Assembly (NCBI GenBank): GCA_030265395.1
Contig: JARFYF010000074.1
Span: 71,193,728 to 71,257,727 of the forward strand
Direction: 5' to 3'
DNA from: Rhina ancylostomus
Lineage: Eukaryota
DNA length: 64,000 nt
Shown: in pieces, positions 13,990 to 27,845 of the stretch
Layout: each line of letters opens with the position of its first letter
Position numbering within the stretch: the stretch's first letter is position 1
Translations under genes and position numbers: made by a program
Notes under the pieces: model-generated
Told to the model about the DNA's origin: nothing
The model's database searches: none
The model's input: the letters and a program-made list of their open reading frames with translations, nothing else

Positions 13990-14777
13990 AGAGACACAAG
14001 GGACTGCAGATGCTGGAATCGGGAGCAACAAACAAACTGCTGGAGGAACTCAGCAGTTCTAGCAGCATTTGTGGAGGGAAATGGACACAAGACTAGGCGA
14101 CCGCTTTGCCGAGCACCTGCTCTCTGTCTGTCATGACTACTTGGAACTCCCAGTTGCTAGCCATTTTAATTCCCCTCCCCATTCCCACACCGACATATTT
14201 GTCCTTAGCTTCCTCCACCGCTAAGGTGAGGCCAAATGCAAACTAGAGGAACAGAGTAGTCTACAACCCGACGGCATGAGCAGTGAATTCTCCAATTTCA
14301 GGTAACCTGTTCACTCTCTGTGCCTTTCTCTCTCCTCCTGGTCTACACAGTTCCTCCTTCACAAATCCAACACCACCCCACTTCCTCCCAGCCCCCATCA
14401 CCTAGTTTCTTTCCCCCCCTCTACTGTCTCCATCTGCCCATCACCCACACACTCCAAATGGGTACCTTTCCCCCACTGTTCCCTTGGGACCTCCCCACCT
14501 TTCTTATTTGGTTCCATGCTCTACCTTCCCTTCCAATTAGATTCCATCAGCTGCAGCCTTTTGTTGCTTCCACCTATCACCTCCCAATCTCTGTTGCTAT
14601 TTCCACCCTTGCCTCCTCCACCTGCCAATCACCCCGCTTCTCCTGAATCCACCTATTGCTTGCCAGCTCTTTCCCCACCTCTTCCCCTCATCTCTTTATA
14701 CTGGCAATCTCCCTCTACTCTTTCAGATGAAGGGTCTCAACTCAAACCACTAACTGTCCATTTCCCTCCATAGATAN
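13990..14777 (+). mobile_element. Penelope-like element: GIY-YIG C-terminal remnant between inverted terminal segments
   Basis: RLGDRFAEHLLSVCHDYLELPVASHFNSPPHSHTD...EAKCKLEEQ..LQPDGMSSEFSNFR* at about 14090-14305; pyrimidine-rich 3' region; termini gtggagggaaatggaca / tgtccatttccctccat are inverted. Confidence 0.8.
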
Positions 14778-17384
14778 NNNNNNNNNNNNNNNNNNNNNNN
14801 NNNNNNNNNNNNNNNNNNNNNNNNNNNNNNNNNNNNNNNNNNNNNNNNNNNNNNNNNNNNNNNNNNNNNNNNNNNNNNNNNNNNNNNNNNNNNNNNNNNN
14901 NNNNNNNNNNNNNNNNNNNNNNNNNNNNNNNNNNNNNNNNNNNNNNNNNNNNNNNNNNNNNNNNNNNNNNNNNNNNNNNNNNNNNNNNNNGGTGCTTGTC
15001 AGCAGGGAGAGAGATACTGAGATCTTCTTCAGGCAACTTTGTGGGGGGAAGATGGTCTTGTGGTTAGGTAGGGAGTGATTTTTTTTTCCAAGAGTGTGGT
15101 CGTGTCCTCAGGAAGAATACATAACTCCTAGTGAACCAAAATTGACCAAAATTCCCAACACAAGATACAGTAGGAAACCCAATGTCAGTGTTGAACATTT
15201 TAAACAGGCTGCAAGCTGGAAAAGATATCCTAGATAATTTGTTTATCGAAATAAAACTTTCCTTCTGGACACCTTGCTATGTTACAATGTCACCAAAGTC
15301 ACTCCATAGATAAGAAGATAGTCCATAAATGTTAGAATGCTGACAAACTCAAACCACCAAAGCATCAATGTTAGACATCAAACATTCCTACATTGGACTT
15401 TCAGCAGGCTAACAATGGTACGATCAAAAGGGAGGTTTACGTCAATCAAATTGGCACTGGTGTGACTTTTGCACAATCAAGTGACAAGGGCTCAGGGAAG
15501 ATTGGGGGCAACTTGGAAGAACTATTTGCTGAACTACTCCACATTCTGATTAGTTGCCAGGGAAGTTCTGTCAAAGATCATGTCAGGTTAAGAGCCAGCA
15601 GTGATCAACATTGAAGAACAGCTTGCAAGAGAGAGAGATGTATGTGTATATGTATGCAATAGGTTACAATTAAGGGATCTTATAAATACAATCAATAATA
15701 TATTACCTTAAATGTGGTATTTGGTCAGCTTTGATAAACTCTTATGAGGAGTTCTGTGTCGTGCAGGTCTGCGAGCATTGACTAATTTACCCACCTGACC
15801 AGATTCAGGGTGAACTCCGAGTATGGGTGAAAGAGAAACCACCTACATGGGGCAATGAGGGAAGAGCTTGTGGAGATGGAGGAAGGTTCAAGGTTCAAGA
15901 ATCAGTATGTGGTGGATGGAGGGGAGATCGCAATCTGGTTTGGAGCATTGCTTCCAAGGTGTAGGGAAGCAATTGAGCCCCTTGAGCCTGGAGGAAATAG
16001 TCCTGCTCCTCCTGGAGCACAAGCAATGCTTCAATTGCTCACAGCCAGTGGACCTGGCTCCTCTTGCCTAGTTTTACTGGCAGAGAGCCCGGCCAAAATG
16101 GGTAAAAATAGTAGAAAGCATACAAAAATGGAAGCATGCAATCTCCATGAAAGATTTGATCAACTAAACCTCCTCTGGCTATTAGATTGGTCACATGCTC
16201 ACTGATATATGTGTTGTAATGACAGGAGTCAGTAGATTGAGGCTATTTTGAAATCTTTTGGATTTTAATTCTTCCCCAAATAAGAAACAATGCAGCAATT
16301 AAAATGACCCTTCATGAGACTGCAGAGGAAGTAAGCCCACTCATCTTCACTGTCAAACAAGGGACCAGTTAGCGTGTGATATGGCACTTCAGGAAGCAGA
16401 ATCAGAGCTGCACAAACAGGAAAGTGACGATGGCGCTCTAAAGTCCGATGTGCTGCTTCAGGGAAAAACAGGATCCTCGGCAAGAATCATCCAATTTGCT
16501 GCACCAGAGGTCACAATTCCACATGTGACAACACACAGTAAATTCAGCAGTGGGGCACAGCAGGAAGAGGAGAGGCCTGCAGAAATTTGTGAAAGATGTG
16601 GCAATCTGAGGTTTCTCTGAACAAAAGATGTGCATTGATTTTGTGTCTCTGATGTGCTCAACATTTCAAAGTTCCAACGGAATACGTTTATCACTTTCCA
16701 CATTTTGGATTCCAATTTCTAAACAATGACGATAGGAGAGCTCATGTAATATATTCATTTCTCCTGAGACTGGGATGCCCCTTTCAGATGTTACATTCTG
16801 CTCAGTGGCAGGCTGCAGAGGCCCTATCTGCAGAAGGTTACGGCAACATCCAAAATGTCATGATTGGCAGATGATGAAAGCCCTTTCACCCTCCAGTGTG
16901 CCTCTAGCCAATGCTACAGTTGATCCAGAACAGAGGAATTTTGGGAAGGTGTTGTATCAGTCAATCACACAGACTTTTGTTTTTATATTTGGACAGTAAC
17001 AAAGTTGGCTTAAAGAAAAAGCAACAAATGCATCACCATGCTGTTTGATGCAAAGTGAAGACTAAAATCCGTTTAATGACCCTAGTTTGACCAAGAGGGA
17101 TATCCATGGAAACATTCATGACAAAGTGCAGATCAAACCAGGCCAGATGCAAGATTGATGGTGGAAGGGTTGCATGGCAATGCTGACAGAAATTACATGA
17201 GAAATTGTTGAGAGGCAGGCAAACAATAAATGAATATTAGAGCACAGATTTTAGAGGGCCATCTTTGTATCTTTTGACAAATTGTTTGAGATATATTGGC
17301 AGTGCAAATTTTTGCTCCTCACAGGGCACTGCTTTACTGAAAGGGATCATGTCTACATTCGATAATGTTTGAGCCATACTTTCC

Positions 17385-17715
17385 TTGAGAAGTTATAGGG
17401 TGGGGAATATATTTATCATCAGTTGCTCTTCCCATTTTTGGAAGAATCCTCCAGAGATTGATATGGTTTATCCACGATGCACTCCTCTCCATTTTATTAC
17501 CCTGGGTTTTGATCATTTTTCTTGGGGTGAAAATGTCAACTTTCATTACGCTTGGAATTCAGAGGGAAAAAAATATTACTATTGGGCAGGTAGCTCGGAA
17601 ATATTGGATGGATCAGATACAGAAACTGCAGAAATAATAGTAAGTATAATCACATATACAGAGTCACTTTATTATTCTTTTAACAATGCACTGTGGTTAT
17701 GGCTTTATATGAATA
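17385..17715 (+). mobile_element. Probable degenerate L1-clade ORF2 C-terminus
   Basis: Across three frames: SCSSHFWKN, GKKILLL, KYWMDQI, ITYT...SFNNALWLWLYM, collinear with the end of fish L1 ORF2. Confidence 0.4.
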
Positions 17716-18149
17716 ATCCAAAGCAACAGGAAGATAATTTCTTCAATCTTTGCACAATGGATTGTCTCAGAGAAATTCAGGCTTCCAGGCAGGGTCATTG
17801 TAATGCTATCAGATCAGGAGACAGGGGCCCTGTGGTTTTAGGGTCATTGTATTTGCTGAGAGATGATAGCAGCTAAGTGAGATGCTCCTGCTTCTCAGGA
17901 TGAGTCCACCTCCATCAGATGGGAAGCTTGTGCGCCAGGACCCAACAACGTGCTGGGAGAACACAGGTTGTCGGCACTGGGTGAGGTGTTGAAGATTCTC
18001 AAAATGTTCCCAGGTTTGGATTATCTGGATTTCTGGGACCGGAGAAGGCAGGTGGAGGTGGAGGGGGATTTACAAATCACAAGGACAGCTCCAAAGAAGG
18101 TGGGGACAGCCTCTCCCTGGGAGAGAGTAAGCAAACAGCAGCTGAGAAT

Positions 18150-18410
18150 GGAGTTGGCTGGGATGGGAATAGCAGGAAAAGGAAGGAGGAAGGGGATTGA
18201 GTGAATGGGGCTGGGGGGGGGTGGAGACTGAGGGAGGCATGCAAGTGTGAGTGGACAAAAAGGGAAGGAGACTGGGGGGGGGATCAAAAACAGGGTTGGT
18301 GGGACAGGAGGTGGTGAGAGAGAAGAGTACATGGGCAAGATATTAAGTGTGTGGGCACGTGTATGTGTCCATGTGCCCATATGTGGTCAGAGTGCCTATG
18401 TGTGTGCTTA
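18150..18410. repeat. Purine/G-rich low-complexity tract followed by degenerate (GT)n
   Basis: G runs at about 18204 and 18274; gtgtgtgggcacgtgtatgtgt. Confidence 0.7.
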
Positions 18411-18899
18411 GAGCAAGAGTTTGCATGAGTGGGCGCACATGAGCTCTAAATTTGTGAAACAGAGCCAGCTCTCCAATCACCTTGGACCTCCTTGCCACTG
18501 GGCCAAGAACTCACTCTTTCATGACTGCGTGGGAGCTGGCACACAATGGCCACCTAATTTGAAAAGGAAACACACCGAACTGGAGCAGAAACAAGTCAAC
18601 CTCATCCCCAACAGACTGCTCACAGAACAGCAACAGAGTAAAGAACCCATGCTGCACGATACGATGCTTTCACTGACAGTACTGCAGTAATGACTGCAGA
18701 TTGCAAGCTCCTTCCTAACAAATGATCAATTTTAAACACTTCTTCCAGGAATGAACACCCTCGAGTTGGAACCTGAACAAAGAGGCTGTCAAGAGGGGCT
18801 CACCGTGTGCTTTCCCTGCACTCTTTGAGGCAGCATTCATCCTTCCTCACTCTAACAATACTGAAAGGGAAAAGCAGTCACAATCTCCTCTTCTCCAGC

Positions 18900-19350
18900 A
18901 CCTGCACAATCCTTTCTTGGACATTACTCTGATGAACCTGTAGAGCCACTGGTAAACACTGAGCACCCAAAAGGTTCCATCAGTCATCCCCAGCACCCAG
19001 TGAAACGGCAGTATTTCTATAAAGAGGCAGGTGACCTGAACTCGCTGCTGCCCTGGGGGTGAGCCAAATCAGAAGAGATGCTTTATAGAAATGGGCACTT
19101 CTCACCTGTCGAATGCGAGAAAAGTCCCCAGTTTACCCCACAAATGCCTTGAACACAAGTCCCTAGTTTGCCCCACAAATGTCTCGAGTAGATGACTTTG
19201 AAAGATCTGGAGCTGTGAACCATGGTGTGCTTCACCTCCACTGATAATGTCCTGCAGGAAGTAAGTGTTGGCCAAGTCTTCCGGCTGGTTGATTGCTTCA
19301 GTTGAGAGGTGTCTGATCTGTACTCATTACTCCTCTGTCAGGTGTTTCAA
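18900..19350 (-). mobile_element. Degenerate PIF/Harbinger (HARBI1-like) transposase, N-terminal half
   Basis: With frameshifts, in the expected order: HLTEE*, TLSVEVKHT, SRSF/SSTRDICG, FHWVLGMTDGT, SKKGL. Family pattern: LSEEQC, LPVAVKVT, SGSFQ..GDICG, FP.V.GAIDGTH, NRKGF. Confidence 0.55.
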
Positions 19351-20309
19351 ATTCTACACACAATCCAGGCAGTCTCTGGCTTGCTTTGCCTCCTGCCCTC
19401 CTCCATCCCTATTGTAATACTGGATTGGGGTGGCCCATGAGGAGGATTATTCCTGTTGAACATGTTTTTTCAAAACATCTGTGGTGCTCATCGCACTTTG
19501 GTTTGCAAAATCAGAGGGTTGTAAAATGTAACCAAAGGCAACCTATTACTGCAATCATTGCCACACTTCAATGATGATTGAATAAGGTTTCCAGTGACTG
19601 CCAAGGCTGAAAGCCACAAATTAGTCCAGCCCCACAATGCCTCAGGCCCTGCTGCACTTTAATTTCTTGGTTTCAGGCAAGAGAGAATGGGCCTCAAAAG
19701 AAAGAAAAGTGCTGGTCTTTTCCTTGGGGCAGAGCTTGGTGATGTGTTGGAGTGGATCACAGCAAACATGGTCCAAAAACAAAACAATATTAAATAAAAA
19801 TCAGGAAACTATGGCATTACAAAAAAAAAGGCACTTGCATCCAAATTTCTCTCCATCATTTGTGCTAACAATTTGCATACTCATGTTGCTTTGGTGTAGG
19901 AGAAATCTGCACAATTATTAGCACTTGGGATCCTTTCACAGTCTGATGGACTGGATGCAGGAGCAAGATGTATCACGCATCCGAACTCACTGAGAAATTC
20001 ATGATGGTACAAGCAACATTAAATCCTAACTTCATGAGCCAGAGAGGCTTCAGTCCAGTGTTTAACATCAATTGGAAGTGCAAAAGGTCTGCACTAACCG
20101 TAATTCAATCAAACTGTTCAACTGAAAGTTTTACAACACTTTATGCATCAAATTCCACACAGTCCAGTTACAACTTTACACACATGAATCCTGCCACATC
20201 CAAGCTATGACAGTTTACAGGTCAATTTGGTAATGAAGCATTTTCTGTCCTGAATTGACTGCCCTTCGGCCTATCAGCATTAGCTCATTATAACTATCTC
20301 TATAATGCC

Positions 20310-20467
20310 AGCTCTACAGCGCCAACAACCCAGGTTCAATTCCAGCCGCTGTCTATAAGGAGTTTATATGTTCTCCCCGTGTCTGCATGGGTTTCCTCTG
20401 GGTGCTCTGGTTTCCTCCCACATTCCAAAGAAGGTGTACGGGTTAGGAAGTTGTGGGCATGCTCTGT
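20310..20467 (+). mobile_element. V-SINE/HE1-type tRNA SINE (truncated by gap)
   Basis: caggttcaattcc B box; aggagtttatatgttctccccgtgtctgcatgggtttcctctgggtgctctggtttcctcccacattccaaag V-domain. Confidence 0.85.
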
Positions 20468-21779
20468 NNNNNNNNNNNNNNNNNNNNNNNNNNNNNNNNN
20501 NNNNNNNNNNNNNNNNNNNNNNNNNNNNNNNNNNNNNNNNNNNNNNNNNNNNNNNNNNNNNNNNNNNNNNNNNNNNNNNNNNNNNNNNNNNNNNNNNNNN
20601 NNNNNNNNNNNNNNNNNNNNNNNNNNNNNNNNNNNNNNNNNNNNNNNNNNNNNNNNNNNNNNNNNNNNNNNNNNNNNNNNNNNNNNNNNNNNNNNNNNNN
20701 NNNNNNNNNNNNNNNNNNNNNNNNNNNNNNNNNNNNNNNNNNNNNNNNNNNNNNNNNNNNNNNNNNNNNNNNNNNNNNNNNNNNNNNNNNNNNNNNNNNN
20801 NNNNNNNNNNNNNNNNNNNNNNNNNNNNNNNNNNNNNNNNNNNNNNNNNNNNNNGTGTGAAATGTAATAGATTGCTTGGTAATTATCATATTTCTGTTAG
20901 TGTGACTTTGTAGTGTGTCATGCACTACTGCATTTCAAAATTACTTCTCTAGCCATGAAGCCTGTAATGAAATGTCCTGAGGTTGTGATAGATGTATTTA
21001 TAAATACAAGTTCATTCTTTTTTAATAAGCATTTGACTTGTCCACATCTCCAGACAAACCCCAGAAAATAGTTCTGCAGCAGTGCAGACATAAATCAGTT
21101 TGTAAGTAGTAATTGTCGGATGTATTGAAATGTGCTGTCAGATGGCTCTTAAATACATGACAATATTCCTAAAGAGGTACTTTCACTTCCCCTCTCATTA
21201 TTTCCATAGCAACAATGCATTTCCATTCCAGTCACTGCGACAGAGTTGAATATTAAAGGAAGCCCAGCCAAATTAGCAGTTACCATTTGGATAAGTCAGG
21301 AAGCACAAAAGAACCTGCAATTTCAGCAATAGCAACCTATCACACTTCTCTTGGAAATTCCCCAAATATACCGCAGTGATTTTTGAAAAGAACATCCCAT
21401 GATGTGCATGCAATTTTAAAACAGCAGCCTTACAAATAGAGTATGCAATAAGAAATTAATTCCTGCTGTTGATCACAAATCAAAGGCCTTCACCAATGAC
21501 AAATGGACTTTCACTTCAATGTATCTCCTATCAACTCAGGCTGTGGATCTTAAGGTTTCTTCCAATCAGCATTAACTGAGGAAGCTTCTTGCTTGGGCCA
21601 CCATTATAATTGAGCTGCTTCATTGTCATAAATAAGGCACAAATATGTGCAAAACAATGAGATCTCCAAGGCCTTACAGTCACTCATGCACTTCAAGAGA
21701 TGTGTTGTTTGCTATGTCTGATACCAGACTTCTAAACCAAGCACCTTATTCCAAGCTTTGTCATGAGAAAAGATATCAG

Positions 21780-22110
21780 CCCAACAGAAAAATTTAATGG
21801 TGTACTCAAAGCCTCCTTGAAGAAATGAAACATCCCCACTGACTCTTGGGAATCTCCAGTTCATGAATGCTCAAAGTTGAGCAGAAGCATTCCAAAAGGT
21901 ATCAAGAACCTCAAGGCCATGCACCAGGAACACCAGAGGACCTGTGTAAGTCATGGAAAGAGCCACTCCACCTCACCTGCCCCATCAGCCGCCACTACCC
22001 CATCTATTAAAGAGTTTACTCTTCCCACATTGGCCGCATCAGCCACCTCAATAAACACAAAGTCAGAGTAGAAGTAAATCTACCTTGATCCTGAGGGACT
22101 GCCTAAGAAG
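21780..22110 (+). mobile_element. RTE-clade LINE 3' end
   Basis: ctcaaagcctccttgaagaaatg...cccacattggccgcatcagccacc...ccttgatcctgagggactgcctaagaag, homologous to 26570-26935. Confidence 0.7.
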
Positions 22111-22189
22111 AGAAGGTTCTTTCATGCACCAATGCCCTGCTGATCCTGCCAAAGTTCACAGGATCATCTTGTTTAAACACAAACAGATG

Positions 22190-22625
22190 CTGAGGCAATG
22201 TAACTCTCATCTGAAGTATTAGGTTCAAGTCACTCTGCAGAGCTCAAAAATAGAGGCTGACACTCCACAGCAGAACTGAAAAAATGCTGTACTTAGACTT
22301 TCAGACAAGACTTAGAGCTTAATCCATTTCGCAGGTTAAAGGAATCCACGCATCATTTTTGAAGAACATGGGATTTCTTCCTGTTTTCTTGCAGGATGAA
22401 AGCAAATTATCACTTTTGCTAATGATTCACTTTTTCCTCTCAGAATTAACACCCCTCAGATCAATATTTATAGTTGAATTAGATCCTTAATATTGGGACT
22501 TTGCTGTACACAAGTTGGCTGCCACATATTCTACATTACAATAGTGGTTATACTGCAAAAATGCTTCATAGGTGTGAAATGGTTTGAAATATCCTGCACT
22601 ATGAAAGGGGTCACAAAAGTGAAAA
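22190..22625 (+). mobile_element. Old DeuSINE/SacSINE1-like SINE
   Basis: taggttcaagtcactc, ggctgacactccacagcag, caagttggctgccacatattctacattacaatagtg, tail gaaatatcctgcactatgaaagg; related copies near 32790, 55690 and 51800 (minus). Confidence 0.55.
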
Positions 22626-25199
22626 TCTTTCTTTCTTGGCTTTCAAAATGGTTCCCTGAAATAATGATGCAGTCTACAAGATTGTTTAAACCAATTGTGA
22701 TTCCTATTACATGAATAGATTGCAACTAAGTTCCAGCAATGTTAAAATGGCATCAAGTACTGTATGCAGAAAACTGAGTCAGGACCATCTTACACCACAA
22801 ACCTGCCCCTGTTCTCCACTGGTGGAAGTTCCTGTCACTTAAGGAGCTTTAAATAAATGGATGGAAGTACTATGATTTGCACTGCAAATGGATTTAATGC
22901 ATCTGTGAAACATTACTTGTTTTGTTCACCTTGTTATTTTGCAAGTGCAACAAACACCAGCTTTAAAGCGACACTGTATCTATCAACGAGTGCTTGGCAA
23001 ATACTTTTTTTTTGCAGAGACAAAGAGAAACATCCATCATGCTCACTACGTTGACTTGAAATATAAACAACACAGTGATGTATTTTGACATGGCTTATAT
23101 TTTTCTCTTGTCGTTTGAGACAAGAGAATAACAAGAGGTTTACGACTCAATTATTTTATGAAGACAATGCTGTAAAACAAAGGTGTAAATTTACAATACT
23201 GTCCCCTAACATTTTGCAGTTCAATGATCTTGTTTTATGCCTGCAGTTTTCCAACATGATGCGAGCCATGGCTCTTGCATTCCAGAGTCTGGAAGTTGTG
23301 GATCCAACCCCTACATGGTTCATGCTGACACTGAGCAAGTGCTCACTACCAGGGTCTCGAGAAGGAAACCTGCCTTAAAAGCCAGAATGAACAACTTTGA
23401 GGGACTCAATAAATGGACTATCAAGTATGGTGCAGTGGCATGTGGTCCAAGAAGATGCCCTGTTTAATCTTTGAATTCATCAGCTCGTTCAAAGCAACAA
23501 CAAGTGGTCTTAGTCTTCCATTGGCTTAAATGAAAGGAGAGGGAGGGATTGGGAGGAGGGAGCAGCAACCTTCGTTCTTAACCTAATTGCTAACCTCATC
23601 CCTCTTTCAGAGAGATCCAAGTGAATGGAGGTCTTAGCTGCGACTGTTCCCAGTGCTAAGTACTCTCCTTACAATTGGTCTTTGGACTCGTCTGCAAACA
23701 TTGGTCATATCAGTGTAGAGGTGGCACTGTGCTTATGTTCAGTAATCCAGGTGTCATCAAGCCAGTGTCAGTTCCCGATCACCACATGCATCCGCGCTCT
23801 CTAAACTATGAGGTATATTCTTGATCAAGGAGATCTGTGTTTCAGCAAGCTTTGGGAATAAAAATTGTTCAAAGCAAACAAGCAGTTGAGAAAAACAGGC
23901 TGCCAATAGTCAAAAAAAATTTTCAAAGCTGATTAAGGTCAGGTCTCAGTATCTGGGCTCCTAAAGTACTGCATAGTAATGTTCTTCCAGGGCTCTGGAA
24001 AAAAAATATCTACAGTGCAATTGAGGATATTTTAAAATAGAAATCACACCACCAAATGGATCTGAGGTCATTACAATGCTGGATGGCAGGTATGGGTACA
24101 AACACATTCTAATGAACATCAGGACAATATAATCAAGAATAGCTCGCAACTTTCTCTTGGGAGTGCAGCCTATGGACTTACTATAACCTGATAGCTAACC
24201 CTTGTATTAGATGAGATATGCAAGGATCTCCATAATCCCTCTCATTTTTTGGTAAGATAACCTAGAAGTTGAAGGATGGTGTGAATTATGTGGCCTGATA
24301 CTGGGATGCTGGTGTGCAAAAATTGCAAAAGTGATGTGAAGTAACCAGTAGTAATGCACGATGAATTTGCACTGCAGAACAGAACTCTGAGTTGCCACAG
24401 TTAGTTGAGAACGGTACAATATAAATAGTTCACGTGACTCAGAGGAGGGAGACAGCTTTTTAAATATCAAAACACTGCCACACCTGCCACATAGAAACTA
24501 TCTAACCCGATTCATAGCTCCAGTGAAGATGGATTCAGAGGATGCTGAAATGGAGGGAGACTCAGAATTCAGAATGACAATTCACAGTTAAGAAGATAAT
24601 TATCTCTGAGATAGGTATAATTAAATATAGCAATAAAGGAATTTTATGTCCATATTTTAAATGACAGCTTTCTGTACATTGCTGTTTCTTTATCTGTATC
24701 ATTATTCAGCATTTCAAATATGTTGCAATCTTTTGAATTAGTATTTCCTCATGAAATGCTTTTTCCATATCAGAATGGCATGGGCCTTGGATAGACACTT
24801 TGTGAGGTAAGATTTTTTCCCATCAAAATTTGGCCTTGCCAAAATGAAAAAAGATGCAGTTTTGCTGAAATTGTGCTTCTGAAGTTGTGTGTCAGACCGC
24901 AGGTGGGATGGGGTAAATGAGAAAAAATGACAGCTGTGTCTCCACTTTATCTAGAATAGCATGGTTGCTCCTCATCTGATGACATCATAGCCTCCAAATG
25001 AACAATATCCATTCACTAATCTACAATCCAATCCATATACAGTGCTGTCAATAAATTGCAAAACATCAGTTCAATCCAGCCAGACTCTACAAGAAAAGCT
25101 AAGGATTTTTATGGCATTGTTTGCCCCTGAGGTTTCAATGGGCTGTTCAATGACTCAAGTTTAACAATTAAGAAATGTGTCTCTTCCATACTGTGGAAT

Positions 25200-26935
25200 G
25201 AAGAGTTACACCAACTTAAAAGACAAAGCCTTAAAACAGACAATGCCCCTGCTGAATTTCCAAGGCTCAGTGAGAAGCTTCAGCATGGATCCATAACCTC
25301 ATCATCCACATCTGGGAAGAGGAGGATGTAGCAGGGGACCTCAGAGATGCCGGAATCGTGACCATCTTCAAGAAAGGAAACAAGTCTGACTGCAGAGGGA
25401 TCTCCCTGCTGTTTACTATGGGGAAATTCATTGCCAGGGTTGTCCTCAACTGGTTCCTCCCAGTGGCTGAAATGATCCTCCCCAAATCACCATGCGGACT
25501 TTGTCCATCTACAGGCAGCCTTGGGCATGATTTACATTGTGAGCCAACTTCAAAAGAAATGCAGGAGTGGCATTAACCACTACATGTAGCCCTCTTCAAC
25601 CTCTCTGGACCTTCTGATTTCATCAGCTGGGAAGGAATGTGGAACACCCTCTTCAAATTTGGCTGCCAGCAGAAATCCATTCCATCTTACACTTTTTTCA
25701 TGGTTGCCTGCATGCTATGATCCTAACCATGGGTCCATCTGAGCCAATCTCAGTTAAGGCCAGTGTCAAGCAAGACTGTGTCATTTGCCTGACACATTTT
25801 TCCCCCAGTCTTTCTTGCTGTAATGCTGCACCTCATGTCCAACATGCCTCCCATGGAGATAATCTACAGGACTAATGGGGGAAGTCTTCAACCTGCACTC
25901 CAGAATCAAGCTCACTTCAATCTCAGGAGCCAAACTGAAAAAAAATAGGAGATACTTGGGTTTGGAAGCCAAGCTCCAAATCATCATTGACTCATTCACT
26001 AAACCATAAAAGAGGGCCTTACACTCAAAATCTGCAAGGCAAAAGGTCCTCTACCAACCTGCATCCACTGTACAACGTTTCTCTCCAAAAATAAAGGTTC
26101 AGAGACAGTTGGGAAGATGTGGATGACTTCCCATATTTTGGGACCTACTTCTCAAAGTAGATATGGATGATGAAATTTACCAACATCTTCAGTGCACCAG
26201 CACAACCTTTGGTCAATTAAGGAGAAGGATATTTGAAGATCAAACCTTACACCCAGCACAAAGTTCATGGTTTATTGGGCAGCAGTGATCCCTGGCCTTC
26301 TATGCTTTTGAGATCCAGACTACCTACAGAAGGCACCTCAAGACACTGGAAAGATACCAGCAATGTTACCTCTGCAAGGTCCTCCAAATCCACCAGAAGG
26401 ATAAGCAAACCAAGATCAGCATCTTCGCCCAAGCCAACATCCCCAGCACAAAAGTCCTAATTACACATAGTCACATTATTCATGTGTTTGACACCAAACC
26501 CTGAACAGCCATTCCAACTTCTGTCATTAGAAGAGATTACCAGGTGGACAGACAAAAAGATTTAAGGATGTGTTCAAAGTCTCCTTCAAGAAATGTAATA
26601 TCTCCACTAAAACCTGGGAATGCCTAGCCCGTGGCTGTTCAAAATGAAGGACCAATATTTGAGATGGCACTGAAAATGGGGTCTACCCTTTGGGAGTGCT
26701 GCAAGTTCGTCTGACTGTCCATCAGGAGCACTAGCTTTTGTGGGAGTACACAGAAGCCAGTGTGAATGCCAGAAAGAGTGCACCACCTCACCAACTATTC
26801 AGCCCCATGACCCATCAGGCACCTGCTGTCCCATCTCAGGAAGTGTATGTGGTTCCCACATTGGCCTCGTCAGTCACCTTAGTGCTCACGGAACTGGAGT
26901 GGAAGCAAGTCATCCTTAATCCCAAGGGACTGCCT
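25200..26935 (+). mobile_element. RTE-clade (BovB-like) LINE, degenerate RT through 3' end
   Basis: LIIHIWEEEDVAGDLRDAGIVTIFKKGNKSDCRGISLLFTMGKFIARVVLNWFLPVAEMILPKSPCG; later FPYFG, STTFGQL, LPGGQTKRFKD; many frameshifts. Confidence 0.9.
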
Positions 26936-27319
26936 TCCCTGTATAGGATGGGTAAATTTCAAAGATAAATTACGTAAGCTTCTGAATAGTCCAAATACTG
27001 TTCATATGCAACAGAAGTATGTCGTGAAATGTAATCCCAAGGAGGGAACTGTAGTAACATCCAACCAAGATCGCACCAGTATATACAGAACAATCAGCTG
27101 GGAGGTCACGAGTCTAAGAGGAAGGAACACTTGATGGAGATAAATTGATCACTAGCTCCAGGGTTGCAGTGCACAGGACATCAGATGAGCAAAGGTCTCA
27201 GCAGCTGGAGATAAACTGATCGCACATTATGGCTGCTTGCAAGTTATACACCTGTGCAAGCTTAGCTTCAATAAATATAAAAATATTCTCTGTAAAAAGG
27301 AGTTAAACATCTCAAAAAG

Positions 27320-27845
27320 CAACACAAACTGGAAATCTGAAATAAAAACACAATTCAACACCTGCCCTTTCACCTCCTTTCTTTCCACCATCCAGTGACT
27401 CAATCAGCAGCAATTCTTTTATAGCTTTTCCAATTTGATGGACTGTACTCTATGCTCACAATTTTGTCTCCTCTGCATCAAAGAAACTTGATGTAAATTG
27501 GGTGATCACTTTGCAGGACACCCCTGTTTAGTCTGCAAGGGTAACCCTGAGCTTCCAGTAGTCTGTCATTTCAATTCTCCAGCCCACTCTGACTGCAAAC
27601 TTTGGCCTCTTCTTATGCTATTCCAACTGACCTCACTGCAAGCTTGCAAAAGAGCACCTCATCTTCCAAATTGGCACAGTACAATCCTGAAGACTTACCA
27701 CAGAATTCAATAATGTTAGATAACCAGCGTTTTCAGTTTGTATCGGAAATGGCAAGTCCTGATGAAGTGTCATTGCCCCAATAAGCTAATCCTATTTCTC
27801 TCTCCTTAGATGCTGCCTGGCCTGCTGAGTATTTCCAGCTTTCTG
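27320..27845 (+). mobile_element. Penelope-like element GIY-YIG remnant
   Basis: LGDHFAGHPCLVCKGNPELPVVCHFNSPAHS; terminus tcctgatgaag...agatgctgcctggcctgctgagtatttccagc. Confidence 0.7.

Noticed and set aside
17385-17876. Longest gap-free ORF (163 aa) plus an overlapping hydrophobic open frame, as a nested gene
   Set aside because: TTG start, in-frame stop just upstream, and motifs spread over three frames fit a decayed L1 ORF2 end better.
23590-23818. Plus-strand acceptor (CTAAC...CCCTCTTTCAG) and GAG|GTATAT donor as an antisense exon
   Set aside because: Isolated, weak donor, probably within old SINE-like sequence; such motifs are expected by chance in 64 kb.
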